A program made the position numbers and the translations under genes. A stretch of 56,978 nt of DNA, the filler included, from Bipalium vagum (lineage: Eukaryota), in the NCBI GenBank assembly GCA_037834085.1. It is 3 parts of 3 records of this genome, joined end to end, with 100 filler letters (N's around TTAATTAATTAA, not from the genome) between each part and the next. Parts side by side here need not be neighbours in the genome. Positions count along the whole stretch, not along the records: positions 1 to 19,881 come from JBBMKC010265760.1; positions 19,982 to 40,815 come from JBBMKC010245682.1; 1 more part is not named here. One strand, 5' to 3'. The notes beneath the pieces are model-generated. The model was given only the letters and a program-made list of their open reading frames with translations. It did not search any database and was not told the origin of the DNA. Of this stretch, positions 14,901 through 27,594 are shown piece after piece; position 1 is the first letter of the stretch, and every line of letters begins with the position of its first letter.

Positions 14901-16086
14901 TAAATATAATTTTAAAAAATAATTATTGTCTTATTTCTATTATTATCGAATATTTTTCTTATTCGTATTGTGTATTAATATAGGAAAATATCGATTTGAT
15001 TTATCAATTTCAACAATCTTTGGTCAACACGGGTAATCGGTCTCATCTCGTTATTCGCTCATCACCTCAGCTCACTGCTGTTGAGGTTGCCGTCTGCTTT
15101 TCCAAATCAGTTTTGCCTTTTTTAAGATGTGCCGCAATGATTTTACACGAAATCGGATCGATTGACGACGATATATCTTCGAATTTCGGTGAGAAAAAAA
15201 AATTTTTTTCATAAATAAAAACATTTTTAGTAATGTCATATTTATTTAATATTAATATTTTTATTATTATTATTTATTGATAATTTTTTAGCTGGTGCTT
15301 ACTGCTGTGATACAGAGTTCAACTGCTTGATCAGAGCACTGAAACTGGATTTCGTTCCGTTCACCGATACCGTTTTACCGAGCCATATCAGTATTCATCT
15401 CAAAATGATCGATGATTATCAATCAGACGAAATGAAAACAATCTGGAACACAACACTACCTCACATTATACCCGAAGCACTACCGAAGCTTATCGATTTA
15501 CCAAATGAATTTACAGATATTATTACGATGGGCTTGGAACGAGGGTAAAGCACAAATTGATTTGATTAAAATCGATTTTTTTATTTCAATAGATTATTAT
15601 TGATTTACTTTTTATTCGATTTTATTGATTTTTAGTTGCTCACTGAGTCAGCAGGCCACCGGAACGGTATCGGAAATGTCGATTTGTTTGATCTGTGGAA
15701 TTACAGTCTGTTTATCGGGCTATTGTTGTCGGCGAATAGAGGAATCATCTACCCCGGCAATCAGTGGTGCCCAAATCCACGCCCGACAATGTCACAGTGG
15801 TTACGCTCTGTTTCTGAGCACTCGTAGTTCTAAAGTTATCGTGCTTTTCTATCAGGCTCGTTGGCAAATCCATTTGGATCCAATCTATTTAGACAAATAT
15901 GGTGAAAACGATATCGATCTCAAGTATTATTAAATTATCAATTTTTGTCTACTAGTTTTTTGCAGGCGTGGCAATCCGTTGTTTCTCAATTTGGAAGCGT
16001 ACGGCAAATTGGAACGAAGTTGGCTCAATCACAGCGTTGGTTGCATTGTGAACGATGCTTTCTTTTCCAACGACTTCTTTGTCTGA
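1304..16086 (+). CDS. UBR1: E3 ubiquitin-protein ligase UBR1/UBR2 family (N-recognin), 25 exons
   Basis: Hand-spliced exons, all GT-AG and phase-compatible: 1304-1315, 1370-1629, 1682-1760, 2066-2873, 3116-3204, 4901-4999, 5403-5759, 5924-6091, 6192-6380, 6456-6557, 7231-7373, 7548-7917, 8099-8358, 9256-9381, 9507-9624, 9834-9962, 10341-10661, 11002-11520, 11984-12238, 13035-13283, 13581-14060, 14984-15188, 15292-15544, 15636-15923, 15966-16086 (TGA). Domains: UBR box ([26 protein letters not shown]...GGGYCDCGDDEAWK), ClpS-like N-domain (LLLYNNEFHNFDQVI), MWIRNG and EMFDRD motifs, basic region (AAKKRREQLMNKMWNMQQKF), RING (CILCQE...TCGHVMHYDC...CPLC), C-terminal domain (CLICG...YLDKYGENDIDLKRGNPLFL). 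The 12-nt first exon is the least certain. Confidence 0.95.
3503..4645 (-). mobile_element. Degraded mariner in UBR1 intron 5
   Basis: Minus-strand fragments EKKEHFRNILLFDLN, MGKVQKIGSWVPYLL (WVPHEL motif), IITVEE and FQQFARLKAPICEKRPE; TIR-like end at about 4610-4645; many frameshifts; 3' end truncated. Confidence 0.85.
4269..4550. mobile_element. piggyBac-type MITE nested in the mariner
   Basis: TTAA target-site duplication (4265-4268 and 4551-4554) and perfect 14-bp TIRs CCCATTTCATTCCA / TGGAATGAAATGGG; no ORF. Confidence 0.9.
11853..11917. repeat. (AAT)n microsatellite
   Basis: Perfect AAT run in UBR1 intron 18. Confidence 0.95.
14153..14840 (-). mobile_element. Highly degraded Tc1-like remnant in UBR1 intron 21
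   Basis: Minus-strand IRIINKYKATGII (Tc1 HTH-like) and IQFTNDS (IFTDE-like); GC above flanking intron; boundaries approximate. Confidence 0.45.
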
Positions 16087-18495
16087 TGATTAAGATTCGT
16101 GTGTCTGTTTGTGGGGATGAGTGTGAAAAATTTACATATTCTGCAAGAGAACGCGACAGAGACTGAAAAAAGTGAGTATAAAATCAAAGGAACAACGCGG
16201 AGCTGTTTTTGTTTTTTTCATACTCCTGTTGTGTTTTTTATTGTTAATCTTGTTTTTGTCATATTGGTGATTGTGATTTTCCCTTTCATACAAACCAACA
16301 TAAATACACTCAAAAACTCTATTTGTTTACCATTGTCTTTATTTTTATTGACTACTTACATTGCCTGCCAGATCAGATGATTTCAGCTCTTCTCTCCCAC
16401 TATATCAGCGCCAGAGTCACATGTCTCACTGGGACTCCATCTGTCAGAAATAAAAAAACGTCTCAAAATTGTTGGATTTTTCTTCAAATACAACATGTTT
16501 GTCATTTTTCTCTTTATTATTATTTTATTGTTTTTTGATTGCATACATTTTAATTGACCGGTAAGTGATTAGACGAGATATTGAAATTTTTATTTCTTTT
16601 AATACTAAACAGTAACATATACTGCATAAATAAAATGATTCGTAAAAAAAGCTTATGAACATATATAAATTTTAAAATTTCAGATAGTCTTTAATCTTGT
16701 TTTGTCATTTACATACTTACATATTTAATCATAATAAAATATTAAAAGATAAACGAAAAATAAAGTAAACATGCAGAATAATAAAACTAATTAATTAGTT
16801 AAATTAGCTATTGAGAAAAAATTGATATACCAAAAGGAAGTGCGAAACATTTTGTTAACAAAAGAAATTTGTAAAAATGGAATGTAAAAGCTTTCAAACT
16901 GTGTTGTTGATTGACTTGATCTAGCCAATGACTAACGATGCTTGCGATCTCTAACTCGATTCTTCGTTATTTTTTCAATGAACCTTTTCTCTATTTGTGA
17001 CCAATACAGCAAACTCCAATATCCAAGAATCTAGGTGCTGGTTTTTAGAGACTACATATTTCTGGCACTGCATTCATGGAAATGACAAAGGCTAATAATC
17101 CTCAAGTGACAGTATCGTGTTTTTGTTGAGCATTTCCTCAACGTTTTTTGAATATTTTCGATAATTTTGCCAAACATTCATTGCTTAACAGCGCGATCAA
17201 TCTTTCTAATCCTGTTATTCGACTTTGCACACTAAAGGAAATCAGCTAAATGAATAACCAATTTAACAAACGGGTGATGATCATTTTATCTAAAAATGGA
17301 CACTTCAAGACTGTATAAATTCATATTTAACGACATTTTACTGAAAATTTCTACTGTGTATAATCAGAAAAAAGATCAAAACGTATTTTAAGCTAATGTT
17401 CGTTCTACCTTTGAAGAAACTTATTAAGTGTAAATATCCTGTGTTTTAAAATCTGTTAATAGCATTATTTAAGATATAGGACTGAAACATACCGTGAGAA
17501 ATGAAAAATAGAACTTAATACGAAATTGAATTAAATAAATCCGAAATTGAAATATTAGTCCTTGTGTATTTGATTAGTTTAATATTTATTACAATTGAAA
17601 TTTACTTAATACTTAGTAATTTTAATTAATTAATAGTGTTTATTAGAAGCGTTGACAGAGCCATTTGAATTCATATCGAAATTTATAAAAGAATTAAAAT
17701 CCCAATCGAATCATAATTAATTTAGTTTAGTTTAATTTACTAAACTAAATTTAGTTAATTTAGCTAGTTTAGAATGACATAACTATAAATTGATCTTTCC
17801 ATTTTATAAATAATAAATGACTTATTACCGCCAATAATTTGCACATTGAATTTCATTTTCAAGAATTGACCTAACTAATTCATGAAATATCGTCCAATAT
17901 AAAACAAAATATAATATAAAAACTAAGGTGCAGGGGTTAGAGTTCAATTTCGGATTTTTAAAATTCAATTTCGTAATGAAACAAAATTATCATTTAAAAA
18001 TATATATCGAATGAAATGTATGCAAATACTTTTCGAATATATAATGATGGTAAAAAACAAACCAAAAATAGCACGTATTTTGGTTTATCACTATTAAGAA
18101 TATTATTAAGGTATTATTATTCTGAAGAAATTAGATTTGATAAAAAATTAAAAGCTGGTTCCAAGAATCTAAAACGAACAGTAGAAATAGATAACTAAAT
18201 TCAACAAAAGACTAATAAAATGTGTTATGTCAAGCTTAAGTCAATTGGAAATGATGTTTATTTTATGCTTGGAATAAAGGTTTCATGTACAATAGAACGA
18301 ATGCAACACATTTAAGTGAGAAGTTGTTTATATACGAGTGCAAGTTACTTTCAAGGTATAATAGTAACAAATTTGTTTCTATAAAAAGAAGAATAAGAAA
18401 GGTATTTATCCTAACCCTAATTTTTTTAAAATATTCTTATATTTTATTTAGGGAAAACTGTGTTAATGTTTTTTTTGCAAAATTGTTGAGTTGTA

Positions 18496-18500
<5 letters not shown>

Positions 18501-18556
<56 letters not shown>
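18501..18556. repeat. (AAT)n microsatellite
   Basis: Perfect AAT run; it produces the poly-N tail of ORF 18285-18566. Confidence 0.95.
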
Positions 18557-18557
<1 letters not shown>

Positions 18558-19687
18558 GAGTTGTAAAAATAATAATAGTGGTAATATAATCCCAGTTTTA
18601 ATTGGGAAGGTAGTTTTTATTGTGGACGTTTAATTCAGTTCTTAGGGTGCGGATACAGTATTTTAGTGGGTGTTTTGATTCAGATATGGTTGAGAGGGAC
18701 GGACACAAAATTTTATAAAAGTGAGGAGTTACGAGTACACGAAAACAAGTTACTACGTCTAAGTAAAATAGTAACAAAATTATAAATTAACAAGATTATA
18801 ATAATAAAATTTTTTAGGTCAAGTATAGAAAGTTGATTAACATAAAGTTATTGGTATTTCTTATTCTAAACAGTCATTTTTATGCTAATTTTTTCCCTAC
18901 GTAGTTGAGGTTAAGTCCAGAGAGCTAATGCTCATTTTCATTCATTTAACAATTTATCAAGAATTTCTTAGCTTTGAAAATAGAGCTCAACTCTATGAAA
19001 AGGAAAGCGTTCTTTATTAGATATTTTTATTTGAAAATCTTCCAATTTTCCAAAACTAATAATTAAAACAAAATCATTTCTGAAATAAATAGATATAAAC
19101 AATTTCGACAGAGATCGGCTAATCCGGATTCGCATAATCTGTATATTTGTGTTGGATTTATTTAATAATAGTGTGTGGTTGGCGTGTAGTAGCGTCAGTA
19201 GCAGCAGCAGAGACAACAACAGGTGGCATGCCATTGGAGTGTAGTCATTCATGTGATGTGTGCAATATTATTTATCAAATTTATAGTCCAACATAGAGAT
19301 TGTTTAGCAGATGGAGTTAAATTATATATGTAGACTGGGTTAATTTTATCCATTTTGCTTAATTGTCTGAAATTTTGAGGCATTAAATTTAGGTTTGCAC
19401 AGGCGGGAAGATTGGAAGACGTTTATTCCATTTATCTCCATTTATTCTACAGAGAGGTCCGAACAAAAGAGAATGGAAGATTAGAATTAATCGATTTAAG
19501 TGAATAGCAATACATGTAGTTTTAACCATCTTTGTTTGTTTGCATTCCATCGAACTATTCGACTAAAAACTGTTCCTTTCAAAAGGTCTCTTTCATATTC
19601 ACTATTAAAAGAGGAAATATTCTTGTAACTACAGCAGTTATATTTTTGTGTATTCATTTTAAATAATAATATAAGATCAAGGTAATA

Positions 19688-19881
19688 CCGTTGATACTCG
19701 AATATAAGTCGAGGGTTTTTTTCTATAAAATTTGATGAAAAAAACGGGCTCGACTTATATAAGAGTCAGCAGTTTTAACCAATTTAATGGCTGTATATAT
19801 ATGCAATGTATCACGTTGTGTTCATAATTGAATACTAGTTATCATTTATGTTTCGTTTTTTTTCCAGTTTTTCTCAGCATC
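19688..19881. mobile_element. Tc2/pogo-like element terminus, truncated by gap
   Basis: TA followed by CCGTTGATACTCGAATATAAGTCGAG, with an internal inverted copy CTCGACTTATATAAGAGT; resembles TA-CCGTA...CTCGAGTATAAGCCG Tc2-type ends. Confidence 0.6.
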
Positions 19882-19981
19882 NNNNNNNNNNNNNNNNNNN
19901 NNNNNNNNNNNNNNNNNNNNNNNNNTTAATTAATTAANNNNNNNNNNNNNNNNNNNNNNNNNNNNNNNNNNNNNNNNNNNN
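19882..19981. other. Artificial contig linker (N44-TTAATTAATTAA-N44)
   Basis: Exactly 100 nt with a six-frame stop spacer at 19926-19937. Confidence 0.95.
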
Positions 19982-20189
19982 TTTTTAAATTTTTATATTG
20001 TGCATAATTTAAATTTTTAATTAATTTTAAATTTAATTTTAATATTTATTTTAAAATACTTTTTATTTTAATTTTTAATGGCACAATATATTAATTTATT
20101 AAGATTGGAAAATTTGTTCAAATATTATTGTTTTAAAAAGCCTTTCAAAAATATAATGTTCAAAATGATTGACTTTGTTGATATCGCAG

Positions 20190-23100
20190 GTAACAAATGT
20201 GATGAAGATATATTATTTTGTCAAACCTATATCGGTAAGGAGCATCCAAAAACAAAGAAATTATGGTTGTCCCTTCACGAGCTGTAAGTTACAACGAACA
20301 AATTAGAAATAATGTGTTAGACGGACTACAAATTGGGTAATTAAGTACTGAAAAAAAAAACAAAAACTAAGGCATAAAGTAGATACATTTATTTATTCAT
20401 TGATTTTTTAGTTATTGTTACGAAACCTAGCGTTTCAAGATTTTATGATTCTTCTTCATTTAATAACCGGTTCTTAGTTTTGTATATAGTATCAATATCT
20501 TCAGGTACATTTTTAAAGTAAGTCTTCTAAATTCAGTAAAAATAAATACGCTTCATATGGTGCCATCACAATTTTATCAATTATAATGTATCATCTTCCT
20601 TTATCAATGGTTCGAATAAAATCTTCATCGCTATGATCTATTGGATCATGTCCTGAAAGATCATTTTATTCTGAATTCTGGTTTTTCTTAATGATTTCAA
20701 GAAACAACCTTGAATGACGTTACTGAACATAAGGTCCCACGCTTGTAATGTTAAATGAGCACATCCACATTTAATCAATAAAAAAATTTTAATTTTATAA
20801 TAAGGGCTTTATAAAACATGGTATAAAATCTTTGCAAATTTATCTCACAACCCCTGTAAAAGTTTAACATTTTAAACAAACAAAAATATTCAGTGATACT
20901 TTAAATTCAAAAAATATTTTTCTATTTAAAACCTTTTTATAGTGCTTTTTAAATTATAACATTATTCCTTTATGAGGGAGCTGAATTTTCTAAGTGGTTT
21001 TGTCGATGGTAAAAATAATATTTCAATATTGGATATTATTTGTACCATTTAGATCAGATCTTGATCGCCTGTCAACTGAAACATTTTTCGTTCTTTCAAC
21101 AAATGATAACAGAGAACGTACATATTAAAATTATATTTCAATAAAAATAAAAATTATTTATATTTTTGATTCTACCTCATTATCAACAGCCCAATATATT
21201 TGCGTGATAGACAGAAAATACAAAACGATAAAGACTTGCCCAATCTTTTTGCAATATTACCCAAATAAATAATCTTTTTTCTTTTTTTAAATTTCTTCTT
21301 CTTAAACCCTTTTCATTGTTAATAACATTTTCCAAAAAACTTAATAATAAAAAAATAAAAAACTGTTATTATATATTGCGCTTTTTTCTTGATCAGATCT
21401 GAATAAAAAACTGTTAGATCAAAGAAGCTCTGCAAATAATTGCAGATAAATAATCAAATATCTTTTTTTTATTTTATGGATTCGTACATTAATTTAAGAG
21501 AGAAAGGATTATTAAATTTGTTTAAATTATTCTTTTCAGCTGAAAAAAGGTTTACTAATTTTCTCATCTTGAGAATCTGGCAGAATCACGACTGCTTCTC
21601 CGCCCGTGCAAAGTTTTCCTATTACACTTTCCATTGTTCTTCCCTCTGCAGCTGCAGCTGTCAAAAGATGCCCCGTTGTAAAGTATTTTCTGTGTCAATG
21701 TAATTATTTTTTTCCGATTTTTTACCAGAGAAAACTCAGAAAATGAAATCTTGCCTTTTTAATTTCATTAAAATCTTCCATGGAAATATGACCCGTTCAT
21801 TGAATGAAAATTTAAAACTTTTAACAAATTTTCTAAAGTTCAATCTTTAGGAAATTATTTTTTGTAATTTCCCTTTCTCTTTGGAAAATATCGGAAAATT
21901 GTTCCAGAAAGATCGGAGAAAATATTTCATTGTATACAGTTTAAAAATTTTTGTTTTAAAATTTCCAACTTAATTAATTGATTAATTAACTAATTATTTC
22001 TTAAATAACGGTCAGCTGACGTCCTTAAGAATCTCACTGGAAAGTACAGTAATTATTAAAAATATTTATTTTATTAAAATATACATAAATTTTTTTCCAA
22101 TTTTTTTATATGGTTTTTAGAATAATAAATTATTTTATTAATTATGATATTTAAATTTCACAATGCGATATCCTTTTTCAAAGACATATTAATTAATGGA
22201 ACAATCGCAAAGGGAAATGAAGCAACCTCCATTTATAACAATATCATTATAATTTAATATAATTTACTACAGTCGTTGCAACATTGAGAAAAAATTTATT
22301 ATTTTTTTATTCATAATTTATTTAATTTAATATTAATAAATCAGATTTTATTTTTATAAAATGTAAATTACGAAATTCGATGTTGAATTTAATACGTTAT
22401 TTTAGAAATATTAAAATAAACATTGAAAATGGTATAATTTTTAACATTTTCTGTATATTTTATTCATTTTAAAATCCCAATTAATGTTTAAAGAACATTA
22501 AGAAAAAAGAAAACAACTTTTTAAAAAAATTAATATTAATTGATTTTAATTATTATCATCTAATTTATATTGAATTAAAATATATTAGATATTATTATTT
22601 ATTATATATAATAGTATTTATTACATAATAATATTAGATAACCAAGAAAGTTCGTGACCATTTTACATTAATATATTACAAGTCAAATAATAAAACAAGA
22701 ATGTAACTATAATGAATTTAATGAATTAATGAATTAATTAAAATAATCAACCTCACAATCTTCCAAGAAGATAAAAGTTTATAAATCCCGTATTTATAAA
22801 ATTTAGAGTCTTTTGAAGTGAAAAAGTTGCCAACTTCCAATTCAATCTCTTTTCTAATTTTGAATTCCTTTTGTCTGAAATGATTGTCTATGGCCATAAA
22901 AAGATGGTAGTCAGTTGAAGAAATATCGGGAGAATATGGTGTATGTGACAGAATTTCCCAATTTAATGCAGATTTTTTGTGTGTGCTAGATGTTTCATCA
23001 TTTAAATTAAGAACTGTTGTCAAATCTTGGCATGATAAATTTGAATTCTCTTCAATAATTTCTTGCAACTCTCCGTCATTGATGTCTGAAGGTCTGTCGG

Positions 23101-24710
23101 AGAGTGGTGCTTCTTCGAGTGATTCATCTTTGCTGATTTTTGCAACTTACTTCTATGCTTTTCTTCGTTTCAAGGCATCATCTTCAAATGCTTGTCATAT
23201 CCTACGGCATGCCTCTGAAGCATTAGACACCAATTTGTACAGGTACAACATGTATTATCTGATTATCTTGGAATCAATCAACATTTCTTAATTTTTAAAA
23301 GCGGTCACAGATATATAGGAATAATAATGCAATATAAAATGTTTTTATGAAATAATAATTTTATTTAAAAATCGTTATAGTCATTTATATATCGTTATTC
23401 TATGTATATACAAAATGCGCACTAATTTTCTTGGTTACCTAATATATAATATTATTTATTATGTACTGATTTTTATAATATTTTTTATCATATATTGTTA
23501 TATAATATACACTGTTAATTTACTCAAATTCCATAAAAAAATCAATAATTAAAACAATATTAGTTATTGACTTTAATGAATTATTAAGATTATATAAAAT
23601 CTTCATAATTCCTTATATCCCCTTCAAAGATATCTCTTCAGCTTTTCCAAATTCTTTTCAATCTGCTTCACGTCTCTGTTCTTTTTTAGTTACTTCCTTC
23701 CCTATGTTTCGTATCCTATGTACATCGTTATCGGAATCTGTTTGGTTATGCCTGCCCAGGTCATCTCTCTTCTCCTTGCGGCTTATGCTGTTTTCGTTCC
23801 GCATTTATATTGGTGTTGTTTTTCTTTTCATATTTTCCAATTTTATTGTTAATTTTTCAATTTCCTCAACGGTCTTCATTTCGTGCATTTCAGTCTCTCT
23901 GCTGACATTGTCGTTGTTTATGCAATATAAAAGCATTCTGACAACTAACTCATCTTCTGTTAGCTGATGTGCCGTTCCTTTTTATCCTTCTGTTTGACCT
24001 GCTGAAAAAAAGTATGAATACTCTCTTAACCGCGTCTGTATTGTAGAAATTATTCACAATCTGTCATCACATCCTTTTCTTTTGCAACCAATAGACCTAA
24101 TTGAGCTTCAAATCCATCCGTCAAGTTTTCTGTTCTTTCATACTTCTCTATCATGTCTTCTTCTATCATAGAATAAATAAGAGCTTCGCGCATTTATTTG
24201 GGCATCTTCAAAAAATCGAAACAATTTTAATTTATTTTTTTACTGAATTATAAGATTATATAAAATTTTCATAATTCGTAATGTACTTTATTATATATAA
24301 TATTATTTATCATATAATATTATTTTTTACATTATTTTATTTTTTATCTTTTATTATATATTTACATATTATAAATATTATAGACTTTATTTTGAAATTT
24401 ATTTACCAGTGTTTTTTTCCAGTGCATCATAAGTCCCTGTTACAAATTAAAATTGGACAATTACCTTGAAACCAGGAATTTCTTACATGCTCATTTCGAT
24501 CACCTGGGAGAAAATACAATGTTTTCTTGCTACGTTAATGAATATTTAACAAATGAAGTTTTGCTATATAAATTCTATTCCTATTCCACGTACATCTCAT
24601 GCATCCTGGGGCCCATTATTCTCATTGCTATATCCATCCTCATTCTGATTCTGTGCTACTGGATCGACAGGTGCAAAATATGGGCCAACGATAAAGCAAT
24701 AATTACATAG
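20190..24710 (+). CDS. BK-channel beta-subunit / TipE-like (KCNMB/CaKB-like) protein: extracellular loop and TM2 exons
   Basis: Exons 20190-20283 (xNKCDEDILFCQTYIGKEHPKTKKLWLSLHE), 20321-20336 (LRTTNW) and 24423-24710 (CIISPCYKLKLDNY...FSCYVNEYLTNEVLLYKFYSYSTYISCILGPIILIAISILILILCYW...*). Phases match. The pattern parallels KCNMB C-x-Q-V-Y-V...HQLLTNPK-CSYIPPC...FSCY...VILTKLY...LFWP-TM2. Confidence 0.7.
21010..22285 (-). pseudogene. Degenerate multi-exon gene fragment antisense within the KCNMB-like intron
   Basis: Minus-strand blocks with host-like codon bias (KYFTTGHLLTAAAAEGRTMESVIGKLCTGGEAVVILPDSQDEKI; RFLRTSADRYLRNN; TQIYWAVDNE then GT) separated by AT-rich spacers; they could not be joined without stops or frameshifts. 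Confidence 0.4.
22634..23442 (-). mobile_element. Internally deleted mariner
   Basis: TA-flanked TIRs (TTAGATAACCAAGAAAGTT / AATTTTCTTGGTTACCTAA); LNWEILSHTPYSPDISSTDYHLF; central transposase region missing. Confidence 0.9.
23600..24230 (-). mobile_element. Non-LTR retrotransposon (LINE) remnant
   Basis: GC-enriched minus-strand fragment with RRREMTWAG, similar to the R..W.GH..R motif at LINE ORF2 ends; degraded. Confidence 0.4.
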
Positions 24711-26384
24711 ACAAATGATCATAGACGTTTCATATGAGAACGTTTGAATGTAGAATTTTCATTGCAATGTAAATAAAAAATGTTAAAGCTTTATTTAATC
24801 TAAATATATATTCTAATTAACCTAATTTTATTTTATTTATTATTTAAATTTAATACGTGAATTAAAATCTTCATTAAATCAAAAAGTATTATTAAATTTA
24901 TTTTAATTTAATTTATTTTGAAAATTTTTAATATTTTGTCTTTTATATAAAATTTTGTTAATAATATTTTTATTTAATAATTATAATATTTAGTAAATAT
25001 ATTTTTCTTTGGTTTGACATTTTCGATTCTCAAATTTTGTTCAGATTTAATATTTGGTTTCAGGATTTTTGATAATTTTTCTACAGAATTATTTTGTTTC
25101 CACAATGGTCACAGCTTTAAGGAGAAATTGCTAAGAATCTTTTAGGAAGAATAATCAATTGCTTTTTGGTTCAAAATACAGTTCAAGATCTTACAAAATC
25201 CTCAAATTTTTCTAAGTTCAATACAATACAAATATGTCTCCATAAAGGTAACTAATGTGAAAAACAAAAAATAAGAAATAAAATCCCATATGATATGATT
25301 TTTGATCATATTTATCAGGAAAATTGAAAGTTTTTAAAAATTTGTTTTTTCATCACAACTTAATAATTAAAACAAATATCTTAAATCTCACAAAAACCTT
25401 CCAGATATATAAAAAGGAGAAAGAAACGAAAATGACTAAAATATTTTATTTAATTTATCATTACCGTAAAAGCTAACGTATAATACGCAGACTACATTTA
25501 AACCTTGAAATTGAGGGAAATTAAATATTCGCATATGATACGGAGCCCAATTTTTTAAAAATAAAAAGGTTAAATAATTTTTTTATTCTTGAGATTTTAA
25601 CTTGTCTTATAAACAAACCACGTATTTTATGAAAATACAGACAATTAACAAGTCAGTAAGACTTCTTCGTCTTCAGAGCTTCTAGAAAGAAGAACTCTAA
25701 AATTATCCTCTTCAGTATCTTCTTTCTTTCCATCATAGTAATTATTTTTTGATATCATATGCATTGATATTCGTGTTCTTGATGTTCTTGATGTTGTTTT
25801 TGGTTTTGTAAAGTCAATATTACTTTTTAGAAATTATTCTCAATCTGATTAGTTAAGTAAAAAAATAATATTTTGTTCATTATCAAAATTAAGGACTACG
25901 TTTACCTTGACTCCTAATTGTTCTACGACTCAAGTTCAGTTGTACAAAAACTCAAAGTATTATACGTAGTCCGGGATTCAAGATCGGGTCATTTGATAGA
26001 TTTATGGGATATGATTTGTCGTTGTAATCTGATTTTGTATGTAAAACTTTGGTTGGAATAAAATTTTCACGAACTTTAGTTAACTGTATTTTAATATTTT
26101 AATACTTTAATGATTTATGTGCATTAATAAAATTATATAAGTCGAAAATGTTAATGATTGAGTGTTAAAATAATTGATTAACAAGAATTTTTATTTTATT
26201 TTTATTAGTCAATAATATGAAATTGATAAGTCACACGAGTATAATAAATACTCAACAGTGTTTTTAATTCCAAAGATCAAAAGTCAAACAGCAATTGGTA
26301 GTAACCACCAGAAATATGTAAACTTAAAACAAGAGCACATCAACTTTGTCATTAATCAACTCGAGACCAGTTAGAATAATAATT

Positions 26385-26552
26385 ATTATTCCTGGAAGTC
26401 TTCCAATTTTTTCAATATCTTCATAGTATTTTATCGATCTTCTAAAGTTTGAAGCAGCAATTCTGAGTCTTTTTGCAGTATCACAATTTTGATATCATTG
26501 TTTGTTTAAGACATCAATCGTTTCTTACTGTGTAGTCATTGATAACTAGTAA
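26385..26552 (-). mobile_element. Tc1 transposase N-terminal (HTH) remnant
   Basis: Minus strand reads MTTQ*ETIDVLNKQ*YQNCDTAKRLRIAASNFRRSIKYYEDIEKIGRLPG. Confidence 0.6.
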
Positions 26553-27594
26553 TAATTTTAATCTGAAAATTATTTACAGATTCATCATCAATTAAATAAA
26601 CATAATTCAAATTTTACCTAGAAAAAAAATAAAATTAGCGTGGTAAAACAAAATTAATTTGGTTATCAAATTTTTCTGGTAACCTTTAATAATAATAATA
26701 ATACTTCGAAAATGAGATTTTGTTTATAAAAAATATATTACTAATGATAAAATCATTGTTTGCTTTTTTCAAACGGTTTTAAGTTATAGAGTTTGATCTC
26801 ACTGCAAAATTTAAAACGTACACCAAATTACGTCAGGTGACCCTCTATGAATTTGCAAAGTGTACGTATTAGATCTAAACCTAAATTTCACTTTTTAATC
26901 TTTTCCAAACCGGTTTTTACTTGATAGTTTTATCATTCAAGCATCTTCAAAATCTTCTTTGGAAATTGACTTCTGTATTATCGGTTGGAATACTTTCTTT
27001 TCTAAATTTTGTAAAATGAAATTTAGTCCAACTACGATAATATCGACATCTCTGTTTTCATTGATATATTTGCAATCTACGGAAAAGAACGAAAGTCATA
27101 GAAACAAAGAGGAAAGAAACTTGAAAATTGATAAATATTGAAATGAAAATCTAATAAGTTAATATAATCACTAATGAATTTAATTATGTCAATTTTCCCC
27201 CCATTTTTACGATAATCTAATAAATTGACTCTAGCTGCTGCTTGTTCATTAACGAATATTGCTCTAGGTCTAATTAATATTTTTAATTTTTAGATTGTCA
27301 TTCATAAATAGGAAGGGGTGAAAATATTAATTAAATAAAATCAGTAATCTTTTATCTCTCCGGATTCAGACAATTCGTGAAATTATTATTTGCTCATTTA
27401 ATATCTCCAAAAGCTGTTTAGAAGCATTAGTTAATGTATCCTGACGGTTGCCGTTAAAACAGGCAATAGTTTGAGAAAATATTTTTTACCCAGAGTCCAT
27501 TTAATAAGGGAAAATGATATCATCAAGAAGAAATGAAAAAAAGCGAAAATATTAGTTAAGGTTAAATATAAAACACTTTATAAATTTAAATATA

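Noticed and set aside
18968-19252. Minus-strand ORF with signal-peptide-like LLLSLLLLLTLL
   Set aside because: The leucine run derives from a short CAG/TAG repeat; there is no downstream exon structure or domain.
19381-19500. Possible upstream exon of the KCNMB-like gene
   Set aside because: No hydrophobic helix in any frame, and it lies across an artificial linker.
19926-19937. TTAATTAATTAA palindrome between N runs as a biological motif
   Set aside because: It is an assembly spacer, identical at 40860-40871.
21440-21703. Plus-strand Cys-rich ORF (TFHCSSLCSCSCQK) resembling the KCNMB2 loop
   Set aside because: Its third positions are strongly C-rich, the signature of an antisense shadow of the minus-strand coding-like frame. 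The KCNMB-like model is also complete and in frame without it.
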